Source: Rickettsiales bacterium (lineage in GTDB: Bacteria > Pseudomonadota > Alphaproteobacteria > Rickettsiales > UBA1997). Taken from it: a DNA stretch of 40,505 nucleotides. The stretch covers positions 1 to 40,505 of the forward strand of contig JADHOZ010000003.1 of the NCBI GenBank assembly GCA_016778745.1, given 5' to 3'. The notes below the pieces were generated by a model. It worked only from the letters and a program-made list of their open reading frames with translations. It was not told the origin of the DNA and did no database searches. This document shows, in pieces, positions 1-8,828 of the stretch. Positions within the stretch are counted from its first letter, which is position 1, and each line of letters begins with the position of its first letter. The translations under genes and the position numbers were made by a program.

Positions 1-1470
1 GATTTAAAAGCTATTTTTGAAAGATTTAAGCAGGTTGATAGTTCAACTACGAGAGAATTTCAGGGAACTGGACTTGGTTTGGCTCTGGTTAAAGAATTAA
101 CGCAAGAACAAGGTGGAAATATATCAGTTGATAGTGTTTTTAAGGAAGGAACAACTTTTTCTTTAAGTTTTGATATTGATGACTCCAAAGATAGGAAAAT
201 GAAAAAGGCTAAGATCGGATCATCTAATGATGATTTATCATGGATAAATAAGAGTTATTATAATTCTGTTGGTGTTGCAAGTGAATTTCAAAGTGGTGAA
301 TTAGTAGAGGTAGAAAATATGGATAGGGATATAAAAATATTAGTTGTTGATGATGAACCTGACATGTTGAGTTTTATCACGAAAACTCTTAGTAAGAATG
401 GTTATGGAGTTGCTTCAGTAAAAGATGGTAAGGAAGCTATTAAGGTAGCAAAGAAAGGGGATTTTGATGTTATTTTACTTGATCTAATGTTGCCAAACAT
501 TGATGGTTTCGAGGTTTGTAAGATTTTACGAGAAGATAAAAAATTAGAGTTTGTAAAAATAATATTATTAACTGCTAAAGCTGATGAAAATTCTAAAATT
601 ATGGCTTTAAAGAATGGTGTTGATGATTTTATGGTAAAACCTTTTAGTAAAGATGAATTATTGTTGAGGATAGATAATCTGTCTAAGGTTAAAAAATTAC
701 AAACTATTTTGCGGGAAGATCTAGTAATAAGTAAGGATGAGTTGAGAAAGTCTTTGGAAGATTTACGAGATTTCCAACAAAAATTAATACAAAGTGAGAA
801 ATTAAATTCTATAGGTTCATTGTCTGCTAGCGTAATACACGAAGTTAATAATCTACTAAACTATGCTTTGATGGCAATTAGCTTTTTAAGGAATAACGAT
901 TTGGTAGAAAAGAATGAGGATTTGAAAGATATTGCTAATGATATTGAAATTGGTGTAGGTAGAATTAATGAAATAGTAAAAGAATTTAGAAATTTTGCTC
1001 GTATTGATGGTAGTGATAAGCAATCTAGTTTTGTGCTTTATGATGCTATTAATAGCGCTTTGAAATTTACAATGTATGATTTTGAGGGGATAGAGGTAAT
1101 TAATAACATTGATTCCGAAATAAGAGTGATAGGATCAGCGAGTCATATTACACAAGTGTTGATTAATTTAATCTCAAATTCTTGTAAGGCGATTAAACAA
1201 TCTGGTAAGCAGAATGGATTAATTGTCTTTAAGGTTGAATTATGCGATAAGAGGGTGAAAGTCACTATTAAAGATAATGGTGTTGGTGTTAGTAAGGAAA
1301 AATTGGGTAAGATTTTTGATGTATTTTATACAACAAATGAAGTTGGTAAAGGTACTGGATTAGGGTTAAATATTTGTAGTAGGATAATTAAAAGTCATGG
1401 CGGCGATCTTAAAGCAACAAGTGAAGTTGGAAAGGGTAGTGAGTTTAGTTTTGATTTGGAGATAGGTTAG
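1..1470 (+). CDS. Hybrid sensor histidine kinase (HATPase-REC-HisKA-HATPase), 5'-truncated by the window edge
   Basis: Frame is open from base 1: DLKAIFERFKQVD...GTGLGLALVKE (F and G2 boxes). Then REC (VVDDE, LLDLMLP, LLTAK, KPF), H-box (VIHEVNNLL), N-box (QVLINLISNS), G1 (DNGVG) and G2 (GTGLGL). The ORF-track start at 79 is an edge artefact. Confidence 0.93.
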   Translation, partial: DLKAIFERFKQVDSSTTREFQGTGLGLALVKELTQEQGGNISVDSVFKEGTTFSLSFDIDDSKDRKMKKAKIGSSNDDLSWINKSYYNSVGVASEFQSGELVEVENMDRDIKILVVDDEPDMLSFITKTLSKNGYGVASVKDGKEAIKVAKKGDFDVILLDLMLPNIDGFEVCKILREDKKLEFVKIILLTAKADENSKIMALKNGVDDFMVKPFSKDELLLRIDNLSKVKKLQTILREDLVISKDELRKSLEDLRDFQQKLIQSEKLNSIGSLSASVIHEVNNLLNYALMAISFLRNNDLVEKNEDLKDIANDIEIGVGRINEIVKEFRNFARIDGSDKQSSFVLYDAINSALKFTMYDFEGIEVINNIDSEIRVIGSASHITQVLINLISNSCKAIKQSGKQNGLIVFKVELCDKRVKVTIKDNGVGVSKEKLGKIFDVFYTTNEVGKGTGLGLNICSRIIKSHGGDLKATSEVGKGSEFSFDLEIG

Positions 1471-1545
1471 TGTTAATCATGCCTATTATGATTGAGTATA
1501 AAACCTTACAAGATCTATTAGATATTTGGTGTCATTACCTTTTAG

Positions 1546-2020
1546 GGGAGTGTCCATAACTCCGTGTCAAATTTCATTTTAGGCTAGATCTAATTTTAAC
1601 CTGTTTTCAAAAAATATATATATTTGTCCAATTATTAAGCTCTAATTCGGGATTGGCTGATTCCACTTTTTGCTAATATTTTTTATGGCTAGATATATCA
1701 ATTTCTCTAGTGCGCTTTGACTGGTAAAAGAACCTTTAGTTTTGGTAACTTTTCTAATCTGACGATGTAGTCCCTCAACAGCATTAGTAGTATAAATCAT
1801 CGTTCTAATTTGCTCTGGATACCTGAAATAACCAGATAAATTGTGTCAATTATTATTCCAAGATTTAAGAACTAATGGATATTTTTTATCCCATTTTTCA
1901 TCAAGATTTAATAAATTGATTCTGCTAAATCCTTATTGGAAGCCTTATAAACTTCCTTTAAATCAGCCATAAACTCTTTTTGATTCTTGCTTGCTACATA
2001 TTTCAAACTATTCCTAATTT
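1546..2020 (-). mobile_element. IS256-family transposase remnant (3' part plus one terminal inverted repeat)
   Basis: Minus-strand translation: IRNSLKYVASKNQKEFMADLKEVY.../..EKWDKKYP...W..N*HNLSGYFRYPEQIRTMIYTTNAVEGLHRQIRKVTKTKGSF...W...PN*SL...LDLA* (stop 1579-1581). It has one frameshift and two premature stops. IR-like end GGGAGTGTCCATAACTCCGTGTCAA at about 1546-1570. Confidence 0.9.
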
Positions 2021-2157
2021 TATTTTCTTTATTTGTTGGTCATAATGGTTTTGAAATTACTGCTTTTGACAGTCGTGGATTTGCATTGGAATATGTTGGT
2101 GATAGAGAGTTTGATGATGAAGAGTTGGATAATGTGATTTTATCGGCGATGTTGTAG
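2020..2157 (+). pseudogene. Orphan 3' gene fragment abutting the IS break, weakly like a REC domain
   Basis: Open frame LFSLFVGHNGFEITAFDSRGFALEYVGDREFDDEELDNVILSAML* with no convincing start or RBS, followed by a + strand terminator. Confidence 0.35.
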
Positions 2158-2206
2158 TGTTGTATTGGTTTGTGCGTTTCTAATTTTGTAGAGGTATGAA
2201 GATGTT

Positions 2207-2235
2207 GACGGGGCTTAAAGCCCCGTCCATTTTTT
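2207..2235 (+). terminator. Intrinsic terminator
   Basis: GACGGGGCT-taa-AGCCCCGTC stem followed by a T-run; also lies just past the convergent Hsp20 stop. Confidence 0.8.
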
Positions 2236-2252
2236 GAAGAACGACCTTATGG

Positions 2253-2858
2253 TCACTTTTCTATTTTGACTACTATTTTATCATCTGTTCTGGTAATCTG
2301 AGGTTTAATTTTGGGGTTATATTGTGGTAGGTAGAATGAATAATAGAAATTTGAATTGATTGTGTTGTTTTCACTCTTAGCAGATAATGTTAGTGTTTTA
2401 TCTTGTATTGATATTTGAATATTTTCTTTTTTGTAGCCGCTAAAATGTAGCTCATAAATATACTGTTCTTTTGTTTCTTTTTGATTAATGGTTGCCGAGT
2501 GTGCATTTGAGGATTCGTGAAAAAGACGGTCCATCGTAGCGCGATGTCTAGAAAATTGAGCATCCATCTCGCGGCGCATTTGCTCTATTTCACGAAAGAG
2601 TGAATGGCCAAAGAAGTCATCTTCGAAATAGTGATGGTAATATGGTAAGCGAGGAGAGTGATATACTCTGTCTTGTTGAGGTGATGTTAGGTAGTATTGT
2701 TTTTGTGCATCATCTTTTTTGGCTATATTTTGTGCTAATACTGTGCCACCAATGCCAATAAGTGCTGATGTAATAGCAATGAATGTTTTGGATGGTTTGA
2801 AGTTTTTTACTTTCTTTTTAAGTGTTTCCCTAATTTTCTTTAGATTGTGATTTTTCAT
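2253..2858 (-). CDS. Hsp20/alpha-crystallin family small heat-shock protein with an N-terminal signal or anchor segment
   Basis: C-terminal ACD pattern ETKEQYIYELHFSGYKKENIQISIQDKTLTLSA...FYYSFYLP. Basic N-terminus followed by hydrophobic FIAITSALIGIGGTVLA. RpoH-like promoter upstream. Confidence 0.8.
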   Translation of the reverse strand: MKNHNLKKIRETLKKKVKNFKPSKTFIAITSALIGIGGTVLAQNIAKKDDAQKQYYLTSPQQDRVYHSPRLPYYHHYFEDDFFGHSLFREIEQMRREMDAQFSRHRATMDRLFHESSNAHSATINQKETKEQYIYELHFSGYKKENIQISIQDKTLTLSAKSENNTINSNFYYSFYLPQYNPKIKPQITRTDDKIVVKIEK

Positions 2859-2900
2859 GATTTATCTAAGTTTAAGTTAATAAAAGTTAGACAATAATTT

Positions 2901-2928
2901 AGATAAGTTTTTTGTTTATATTTTCAAG
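2901..2928 (-). promoter_or_regulatory. RpoH (sigma32) promoter of the Hsp20 gene
   Basis: Minus strand CTTG-N17-CTTATCT fits the alphaproteobacterial RpoH consensus CTTG-N17/18-CYTATNT and lies about 42 bp upstream of the ATG. Confidence 0.7.
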
Positions 2929-3014
2929 TGTGCAATTAGTGTGATAGATGCGATGTGATATTTATACCAATTCCCATTTTGATTTGATATTATTTTTAAT
3001 TAAAAGGTTCTTAT

Positions 3015-4277
3015 ATGTCTAAAAAGAAAGTTGTTCAGTTTGTAATGCTTGACCAGCCTGGTAATTCTCCTGGTGATTATGTTGCGAACGTGATGGATGA
3101 TGATAATATTCGTGAAAATATTATGCGCAATGTTAGAGGGGCGGCTGATATTGATGGTAGGGTTAGGTTGATATTTTCATCGCGTCAATCTCGTGAAGTG
3201 TTTTTAGGAAGGCTTAGACAGATTGATCCAGATAATTACGATAATAATAGATCGGTCATTGAGATTGTTAGTGCTGATAAATTGACTAAGAAATTCTTGC
3301 AAGATGGTTTAGGCTTATCACATTTTCAAGAGCAAAAAGATGAATATCAGAGATCTTATGATATGTTGATGCAAAGAAAAGGATCTTTCACGGTAGGGGA
3401 GTTTATGAATTATGTTGATGTAATTAAACTATTAGGAATATATTATTGCGAGCCAGGTCAATTGGTTGAAAGTGCTGATCTGGATCAGCAAATTGATATT
3501 ACTAAAGCGCCTAATTTAGGAGATAAGGTAAAGAAGGTTGGTTTATATACGTCGATGCATCTTGGAAAATATCCGGGAGATGAATCGTATAGAAGACATG
3601 ATATGAGTAAGAAGAAGTTGCTAGCATATCATGAGGAACATAAAACTGACCATGAAAATAGGCCTTATACGAATGAAAGATCTTATATTATCGGGTTTGG
3701 AGGTGATAAAGCATTGTTAGATGTGGTTAAAAATTTTGTTAATGTGAACCAACATTTATTTACTTTATATGATAATTATGAAGCTGTTGCCAGCACTGGT
3801 TTAGGTCAAGGGATATATGTAAACCCAATGTTTGCTGGTAGTGTTAATATTATAGGTAAGGGTGGAGGAAAATTGAAAGATCCAAAGGCTGATGCGGATA
3901 TTAAACCAAAGGATAGGCAAGAATTAATTAGAAAACATCATCTTGGTATTAATAGCCTAAGTCTTTTACCGGGTGAGCGGTCTCAAGGTAGGGATGTTGC
4001 TTTTGAGAGTTTTAGACAAGAAAAAAGAGATGAGTTAAGAAGGTTATCAACTGTTGATGATAATTCTGTCAATTATGGTTTGGATCTTAATTGGCCAACT
4101 TTAGATAGTAGAGCGATTGATCCTTCTCAAAGACAAATAACGGGAAATAACGATAGTGTGACAAGTTGGTCACCGGTTGATAGTAATAGTCAGTATCTTG
4201 TTCCTTTAATGGCATTGGGACTGGTAGTGACGAAGTTCTTACTTAGAAATCCTTCTAATAGTGTTGAAAAGGCTTGA
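3015..4277 (+). CDS. Hypothetical protein, possible GT-A (DxD) glycosyltransferase-like effector with a C-terminal hydrophobic tail
   Basis: 420 aa ORF. KKVVQFVML near the N-terminus; YVDVIKLLGIY...SADLD resembles the D-x-x-R/K-L...DxD signature. C-terminal hydrophobic stretch YLVPLMALGLVVTKFLL. Confidence 0.5.
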   Translation: MSKKKVVQFVMLDQPGNSPGDYVANVMDDDNIRENIMRNVRGAADIDGRVRLIFSSRQSREVFLGRLRQIDPDNYDNNRSVIEIVSADKLTKKFLQDGLGLSHFQEQKDEYQRSYDMLMQRKGSFTVGEFMNYVDVIKLLGIYYCEPGQLVESADLDQQIDITKAPNLGDKVKKVGLYTSMHLGKYPGDESYRRHDMSKKKLLAYHEEHKTDHENRPYTNERSYIIGFGGDKALLDVVKNFVNVNQHLFTLYDNYEAVASTGLGQGIYVNPMFAGSVNIIGKGGGKLKDPKADADIKPKDRQELIRKHHLGINSLSLLPGERSQGRDVAFESFRQEKRDELRRLSTVDDNSVNYGLDLNWPTLDSRAIDPSQRQITGNNDSVTSWSPVDSNSQYLVPLMALGLVVTKFLLRNPSNSVEKA

Positions 4278-4350
4278 GTCTAATAGGGAGGGTCTTGAAA
4301 AAGATAACGAAGATGAGAAGGTGTTTGATCGTGTCTAAAAGATATTTTAT

Positions 4351-4387
4351 ATTTAGCACTTTGGGGCTTGACCCCAAAGTGCTAAAT
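4351..4387. terminator. Bidirectional terminator hairpin between convergent genes
   Basis: 16-bp perfect stem ATTTAGCACTTTGGGG-cttga-CCCCAAAGTGCTAAAT. Confidence 0.8.
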
Positions 4388-4394
4388 TATTTAC

Positions 4395-4850
4395 TTATTC
4401 TTGGTATGAGCCAATATCGCCGGCTTTTCTAAGCATTTTATCTACTTCGCCAAGGTGTAGTTCTTCTTCAGCGATTAGTCTCATTGCATATTCTTCAAGG
4501 AGAATAGAATTATCTTTAGCTAGTTTGAGAAGTTTTTTGTAAAGTTCTAGACTGTTAGACTCGTGTGCTAGAGACTCTTTTAAAATGGCGTCTATATTGT
4601 GATTTTCTGTTTCAAGAAGTTGGCCGATGCCAAGAGAAGGGTGGCCACCAAAATGGGTGATCATTTCTCCCGCCTCTTCGGCATGTGTTAAGGATTCTTT
4701 AGCTTGCTGCCTTAACCAAGAAACGATGGGTATACGGTTGTAACCAAAAACCATGAATGAATAGTGAGTATATCTAACTACGCCGGCTAATTCTACTTCC
4801 AATATCTTGTTTAAGATTTCTAGAATATCTTTTTTAAATGAATCTGACAT
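4395..4850 (-). CDS. bfr: Bacterioferritin / ferritin-like protein (151 aa)
   Basis: Ferroxidase ligands LEVELAG..RY, ESLTHA, AHE..SLELY and EEELH. The likely start is ATG 4850 (MSDSFKK); the ORF-track extension to 4970 overlaps the receptor gene. Confidence 0.85.
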   Translation of the reverse strand: MSDSFKKDILEILNKILEVELAGVVRYTHYSFMVFGYNRIPIVSWLRQQAKESLTHAEEAGEMITHFGGHPSLGIGQLLETENHNIDAILKESLAHESNSLELYKKLLKLAKDNSILLEEYAMRLIAEEELHLGEVDKMLRKAGDIGSYQE

Positions 4851-4860
4851 AAGCTTAATG

Positions 4861-7104
4861 TTAAAATTTATATTTAAGACCAGCTCTAAAGGTTTGCGGT
4901 TTTCCTGGTCTGTATCCGGCTGGTCTTGTTGCCACAAGGTAAGTTCTATTAAAAATATTTTCAGCCGCAAGTATTAATGTGAGATTTTTTGAATAATTAT
5001 AAAATACTGCGCTATCAACTAAGAAATGTGAAGGAATTTTATTTTCTTTGGATATTGTGCCTTGCGATGCTGTGGCACGCATTGCGTCTACATATTTTGT
5101 TGAGATATTAAGCTCTAATTTGTTTGATTTTACGCCACCAGATAAACTGAATTGATGAGGTGATATATAAGGTAATTTATCGCCCTTTTCTACATTTCCC
5201 CATTCATCAATTGTGTCGGAGGCATTAAAATTAGATCTAAATTCGGAGTTGTTGTAGCTGTAAGTGAATTTAATTGGGAAGGTGATATCTTGTTGGAATT
5301 TATTACTTAGGGAGTCTGAGATAATTTCGTATGAGCTAGATAATTCTATTCCATAAGATCTAACTTTGCCGCTATTAATTTGTGATTCAGTTCCATCTGA
5401 ACTGGTTCCTACTAAGTTAGAGTAATTATTTAGGTAGAATACTCCTTCTAATAATAATTCATTGTTGGTTTTATATTTTGTTCCTAATTCATAATTTACT
5501 GACTCTTCGGAGTTAGCCTCACTTCCTGGGGACGGAGGACCAAAGCCTTTATGGACATTAGCAAATATTGACCAATTATCTTTTAATAAATAATTAGCTC
5601 CTATACCTGGAATAAATACATCTTCTGTGTTTTTAACGGTTTCAGCTTCGTCGTTTCTATCTGAATTATCATTGCCATAATTTTTTCTTTTGATATCTAG
5701 ATGTTCAAATCTAAGGCCTGCAGTAATAGTTAATTTATTGAATTTTGCTTCATCTTCTATGAAAGCTGAGTAGGCTCTAACTGTTGAGAATCTGTTATTG
5801 CTTCCTGTAGCGCCATCTATTCCTTTATTTACTAAATATAGATTACCATGTTCGTTTAGTTTATAATCGTCTATTCTTTGGAATCTATTTTCGTAATCAT
5901 CATGAGCTCTGAAGCCATAAGTTAGAGTGTGATCGGCATCTAAGGCTTTGAATTTGTTGGTTAAAAATGATTGAATACCTTGGGAAACAAAGAATCTATT
6001 ATTAGCGTTTATTTCTAAATTGTGATTTGGGTTATTGCTGATATCTCCCTTTATTATGTTTAAATGTGAAGTTAAATTGTTATTGAAAATATCTTTTACA
6101 TTTTCTGAAGTTGCGCCATCAGAAACTTTGTTAAGTCTAGTCCATATTCTGTCAAACTTGTTGTAGTAGGCGGTGGTTTTAATTGAGAATTTGTCATTAA
6201 ATTCTGCTGTATGGGTTAGATTAACTTGATATTGTTTTGCTAACATTCCACCTAAAGAACTAGAATTGTATCTTTTGTATGGGTCGCTCACAAAGTCGCC
6301 AAAATCTAGACCTATGTAGCTTTCATTTGAGTCTTCATTGGTGTGAGCTAATTTGATTTCGAATTCATGATAAATATCTGATGATTTATCATTATTAAAG
6401 CGGAATTTAGTTAGAAAATCATCAATTTTGAATCCAACGTCGGAACCATTATCTATTTCTTTGAAGCCATCAGAAGATTTGTGATCAACGTTAAATATGT
6501 AGCCAAAATGGTCAAAAGAGTTACCAATAGTTAGGGTAGCGTTTTGTTCGTTAAAGCTGCCATATGAGGTAGATATTTTCGCTAAATGTTTATCTGGAAT
6601 AGGGACTGTATTAATATTTAGGGCACCTGAGGTAGTGCGAGGTCCAAATTTTATTGAAGATAGTCCTTTATATATTTCTATATTATTTGTTCTACCAATT
6701 GCTGGAAAATAATATGCTGATGGAGCGGAGTAGGGGGCTGGTGCTATTGGGACGTAGTCTTCCATAATTACGATATCGGCACTTCTATCGTTCCTGCTGC
6801 CACGAATTCCAATATTAGGCCTAATACCGTAGCCATCTTCCTCTTGTAAGTTAAGACTTGGGACGTCTCGTAATATTCTATTAATGTCGTTACTTTGTTT
6901 TTTATAGATTTCTTGATTGTCTATGATTTCTATGGCGCCGGTGTCTTGGATATGGCTTTTGAAATAGTCATCCTCTGTATTTGTGGCTGTCACGGTTATT
7001 GATGGTAAAGTTTGGGGACTATTTTTGGCAAGTGATATTGATGAATATAGTATAATTATTGGTAGTAGAGAAATTAATAGTATGATTCTGATTATTTTTT
7101 TCAT
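4861..7104 (-). CDS. TonB-dependent outer-membrane receptor, FecA-like iron receptor family
   Basis: Signal peptide, TonB-box-like SITVTA, plug motif EEDGYGIRPNIGIRG, C-terminal ENIFNRTY...GLKYKF ending in Phe. Likely start ATG 7104 (MKKII). Confidence 0.93.
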   Translation of the reverse strand: MKKIIRIILLISLLPIIILYSSISLAKNSPQTLPSITVTATNTEDDYFKSHIQDTGAIEIIDNQEIYKKQSNDINRILRDVPSLNLQEEDGYGIRPNIGIRGSRNDRSADIVIMEDYVPIAPAPYSAPSAYYFPAIGRTNNIEIYKGLSSIKFGPRTTSGALNINTVPIPDKHLAKISTSYGSFNEQNATLTIGNSFDHFGYIFNVDHKSSDGFKEIDNGSDVGFKIDDFLTKFRFNNDKSSDIYHEFEIKLAHTNEDSNESYIGLDFGDFVSDPYKRYNSSSLGGMLAKQYQVNLTHTAEFNDKFSIKTTAYYNKFDRIWTRLNKVSDGATSENVKDIFNNNLTSHLNIIKGDISNNPNHNLEINANNRFFVSQGIQSFLTNKFKALDADHTLTYGFRAHDDYENRFQRIDDYKLNEHGNLYLVNKGIDGATGSNNRFSTVRAYSAFIEDEAKFNKLTITAGLRFEHLDIKRKNYGNDNSDRNDEAETVKNTEDVFIPGIGANYLLKDNWSIFANVHKGFGPPSPGSEANSEESVNYELGTKYKTNNELLLEGVFYLNNYSNLVGTSSDGTESQINSGKVRSYGIELSSSYEIISDSLSNKFQQDITFPIKFTYSYNNSEFRSNFNASDTIDEWGNVEKGDKLPYISPHQFSLSGGVKSNKLELNISTKYVDAMRATASQGTISKENKIPSHFLVDSAVFYNYSKNLTLILAAENIFNRTYLVATRPAGYRPGKPQTFRAGLKYKF

Positions 7105-7120
7105 AATTTTTGTTCTTGAC

Positions 7121-7145
7121 ACTAATGATTATCATTATCATTATT
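7121..7145 (-). promoter_or_regulatory. Fur box (overlapping array) upstream of the TonB receptor
   Basis: Reverse complement of 7121-7139 is GATAATGATAATCATTAGT, 17/19 to GATAATGATAATCATTATC. A second copy offset by 6 bp matches 16/19. It abuts a possible TTTACA-N17-AATAAT promoter. Confidence 0.85.
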
Positions 7146-7175
7146 ATTTATATCATTTTAGATGTAAAGGTTTTC

Positions 7176-7192
7176 TTGATAGGAATTATCAA
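7176..7192. promoter_or_regulatory. Second Fur-like 7-1-7 site upstream of the flavinylation operon
   Basis: TTGATAGGAATTATCAA, i.e. TGATAGG-A-ATTATCA versus consensus TGATAAT-N-ATTATCA. Confidence 0.5.
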
Positions 7193-7248
7193 AAAATTTT
7201 CTTCTTAATGTCCTTAATCAATAAATTAGTAATTTAATAAATATAAAA

Positions 7249-8238
7249 ATGGCAAAAAACAAAAAAGGCAGCAATTTTCGTAGGTTGGTATTTAGTACCA
7301 TGGCTGCAGCTACTCTTTCTTCTCCTGTGGCAGAGGCTGAAGAAGTTTTATGGGTCTATACTAGGGGGACTGATACTAGGCCCAAAGGTAGTTTCGAGGT
7401 TCAATTATCTGACGTGATGATGAAAGGTAAAAGTTCTGGTAAATATGTTAGGCATGAAATTAGACCTGGTGTTGAGATTGGTATTACCGACAGATATACT
7501 CTAGGTGCTAGAGCTATCATTTTTAAACATAAATATTCCGTTCATAATGAAGATCTGGATCCAATGTTTTCAACTCAAGGTGGGGAAGGTGGAAAATATA
7601 ACCATACTACTTTAGGCGGATATCAAATTGCTAATAAATATAATATTTTGAGTCCTTATAAGGATGCTATTGGTTTATCGGTTGGTTTGAACTTTGAAGA
7701 GCGCGATAGATATAGACTTGATGGCGCTAATATTAATCAAAAATCTTATGTAGGTAGATTATTCTTACAGAAAAATTGGTTGGATGATAAATTGGTATTG
7801 GCTGTTAACGGTATTACTGAACTTGAAAGAAGAAAGGCTACAGGTGAAAGTGGAGAAGGCGATGTTTTGGAAGAAGAAATTGCTTTTGAAGTCATGGCTG
7901 GTATTTCTTATCGCGTTGCTCCAAAGCATTTCCTTGGTTTTGAGTGGAGACATCAAAGAGATCACTTAACTCCAACTGAAAGAGGTGAGTCGTTAAATCC
8001 TGGTCATCAGCAATCTAATTGGGATCCTGCCGATATAAGTGTTGGTGCGAATCATCAATATGCTAACTATGTTGGGCCAAGCTATCACTATGCTCAAAAA
8101 GATTGGTGGTTTACTGTAGGCGCTCTATGGCAAATCTCTGGCGGTGGTAAAGTTGGAAGAGGTGTTAATGGGGATGGAAAAAACTGGGATGAACATGAAA
8201 GAGTTCATGTTGGTTTATTAACTGGTTTTGAATTCTAA
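7249..8238 (+). CDS. DUF6662-like outer-membrane beta-barrel protein
   Basis: Signal peptide ending AEA, mature EEVLWVYTRGTDT.PKG..EV, amphipathic beta strands, C-terminal GFEF. Context next to FMN-binding and ApbE genes. Confidence 0.75.
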   Translation: MAKNKKGSNFRRLVFSTMAAATLSSPVAEAEEVLWVYTRGTDTRPKGSFEVQLSDVMMKGKSSGKYVRHEIRPGVEIGITDRYTLGARAIIFKHKYSVHNEDLDPMFSTQGGEGGKYNHTTLGGYQIANKYNILSPYKDAIGLSVGLNFEERDRYRLDGANINQKSYVGRLFLQKNWLDDKLVLAVNGITELERRKATGESGEGDVLEEEIAFEVMAGISYRVAPKHFLGFEWRHQRDHLTPTERGESLNPGHQQSNWDPADISVGANHQYANYVGPSYHYAQKDWWFTVGALWQISGGGKVGRGVNGDGKNWDEHERVHVGLLTGFEF

Positions 8239-8246
8239 TTATTTAA

Positions 8247-8274
8247 GGGGTTAGATTTTTAAAAATCTAACCCC
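8247..8274. terminator. Intra-operon palindrome or hairpin
   Basis: Perfect 28-bp palindrome GGGGTTAGATTTTT/AAAAATCTAACCCC followed by a T-rich tract. Confidence 0.65.
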
Positions 8275-8289
8275 AATTATTTTTTAGTT

Positions 8290-8826
8290 ATGAAAGTTAA
8301 TAGTTTATTTAAAGCTTATATCGTTGCTGGATTATTTTTTATCGCTCCTAAGGTTACTTTAGCTGAGGAGTTTTTAACGGTAGATGAGGCAAAAAAGGTT
8401 TTATGGAACTCAATGTCTATGAAGCCAGTTAAAGTTGAGTTAACTAAGGAGCAAATGAAGTTAATTAAAAAGGTTTCTAATGTTAGAGTTAGAAATTCTA
8501 CGATGAATGTTTGGAAGACTGCAGATGGTGGATGGTTTATTGTAGATCAAGTTATTGGTAAACATGAAAATATGGATGTTGCTTTTGCTTTAACAAATCA
8601 AGGTAGGGTCAAAGGTGTTGAGATTTTGAATTATTATGAGACTTATGGTTGGGAAGTGAAAAATCCAAAATGGCTTAAGCAGTTTATTGGCAAGGGTCAT
8701 GAAGAACATTTGCAATTAGATAAGCAAATAAAAAATATTTCTGGGGCTACCTTGTCTTGTCGTCATATTACCGATGCTGTAAATAGAATCACTCATAGTT
8801 GGAATCAAATTTTGCGTTATTTATAG
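8290..8826 (+). CDS. Exported FMN-binding (flavinylation substrate) protein
   Basis: Signal peptide; IGKH, Y.ETYG.EV..W..QF.GK and flavinylation motif ISGATLS. Confidence 0.9.
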   Translation: MKVNSLFKAYIVAGLFFIAPKVTLAEEFLTVDEAKKVLWNSMSMKPVKVELTKEQMKLIKKVSNVRVRNSTMNVWKTADGGWFIVDQVIGKHENMDVAFALTNQGRVKGVEILNYYETYGWEVKNPKWLKQFIGKGHEEHLQLDKQIKNISGATLSCRHITDAVNRITHSWNQILRYL

Positions 8827-8828
8827 TT

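Noticed and set aside
1579-2020. TGA=Trp recoding suggested by a TGA at a conserved Trp position
   Set aside because: The same remnant has a TAG at another Trp and a frameshift, and intact genes here end in TGA. This is pseudogene decay.
4363-4375. GGGCTTGACCC core as a REP/RPE-type dispersed repeat
   Set aside because: Single copy in the window, and its position between convergent genes is explained by a terminator.
7176-7192. FNR box
   Set aside because: The TTGAT...ATCAA spacing is 7 nt rather than 4; it fits a Fur 7-1-7 site better.
6983-7237. 84-aa + ORF
   Set aside because: Antisense to the receptor N-terminus and spans the Fur-box promoter region.
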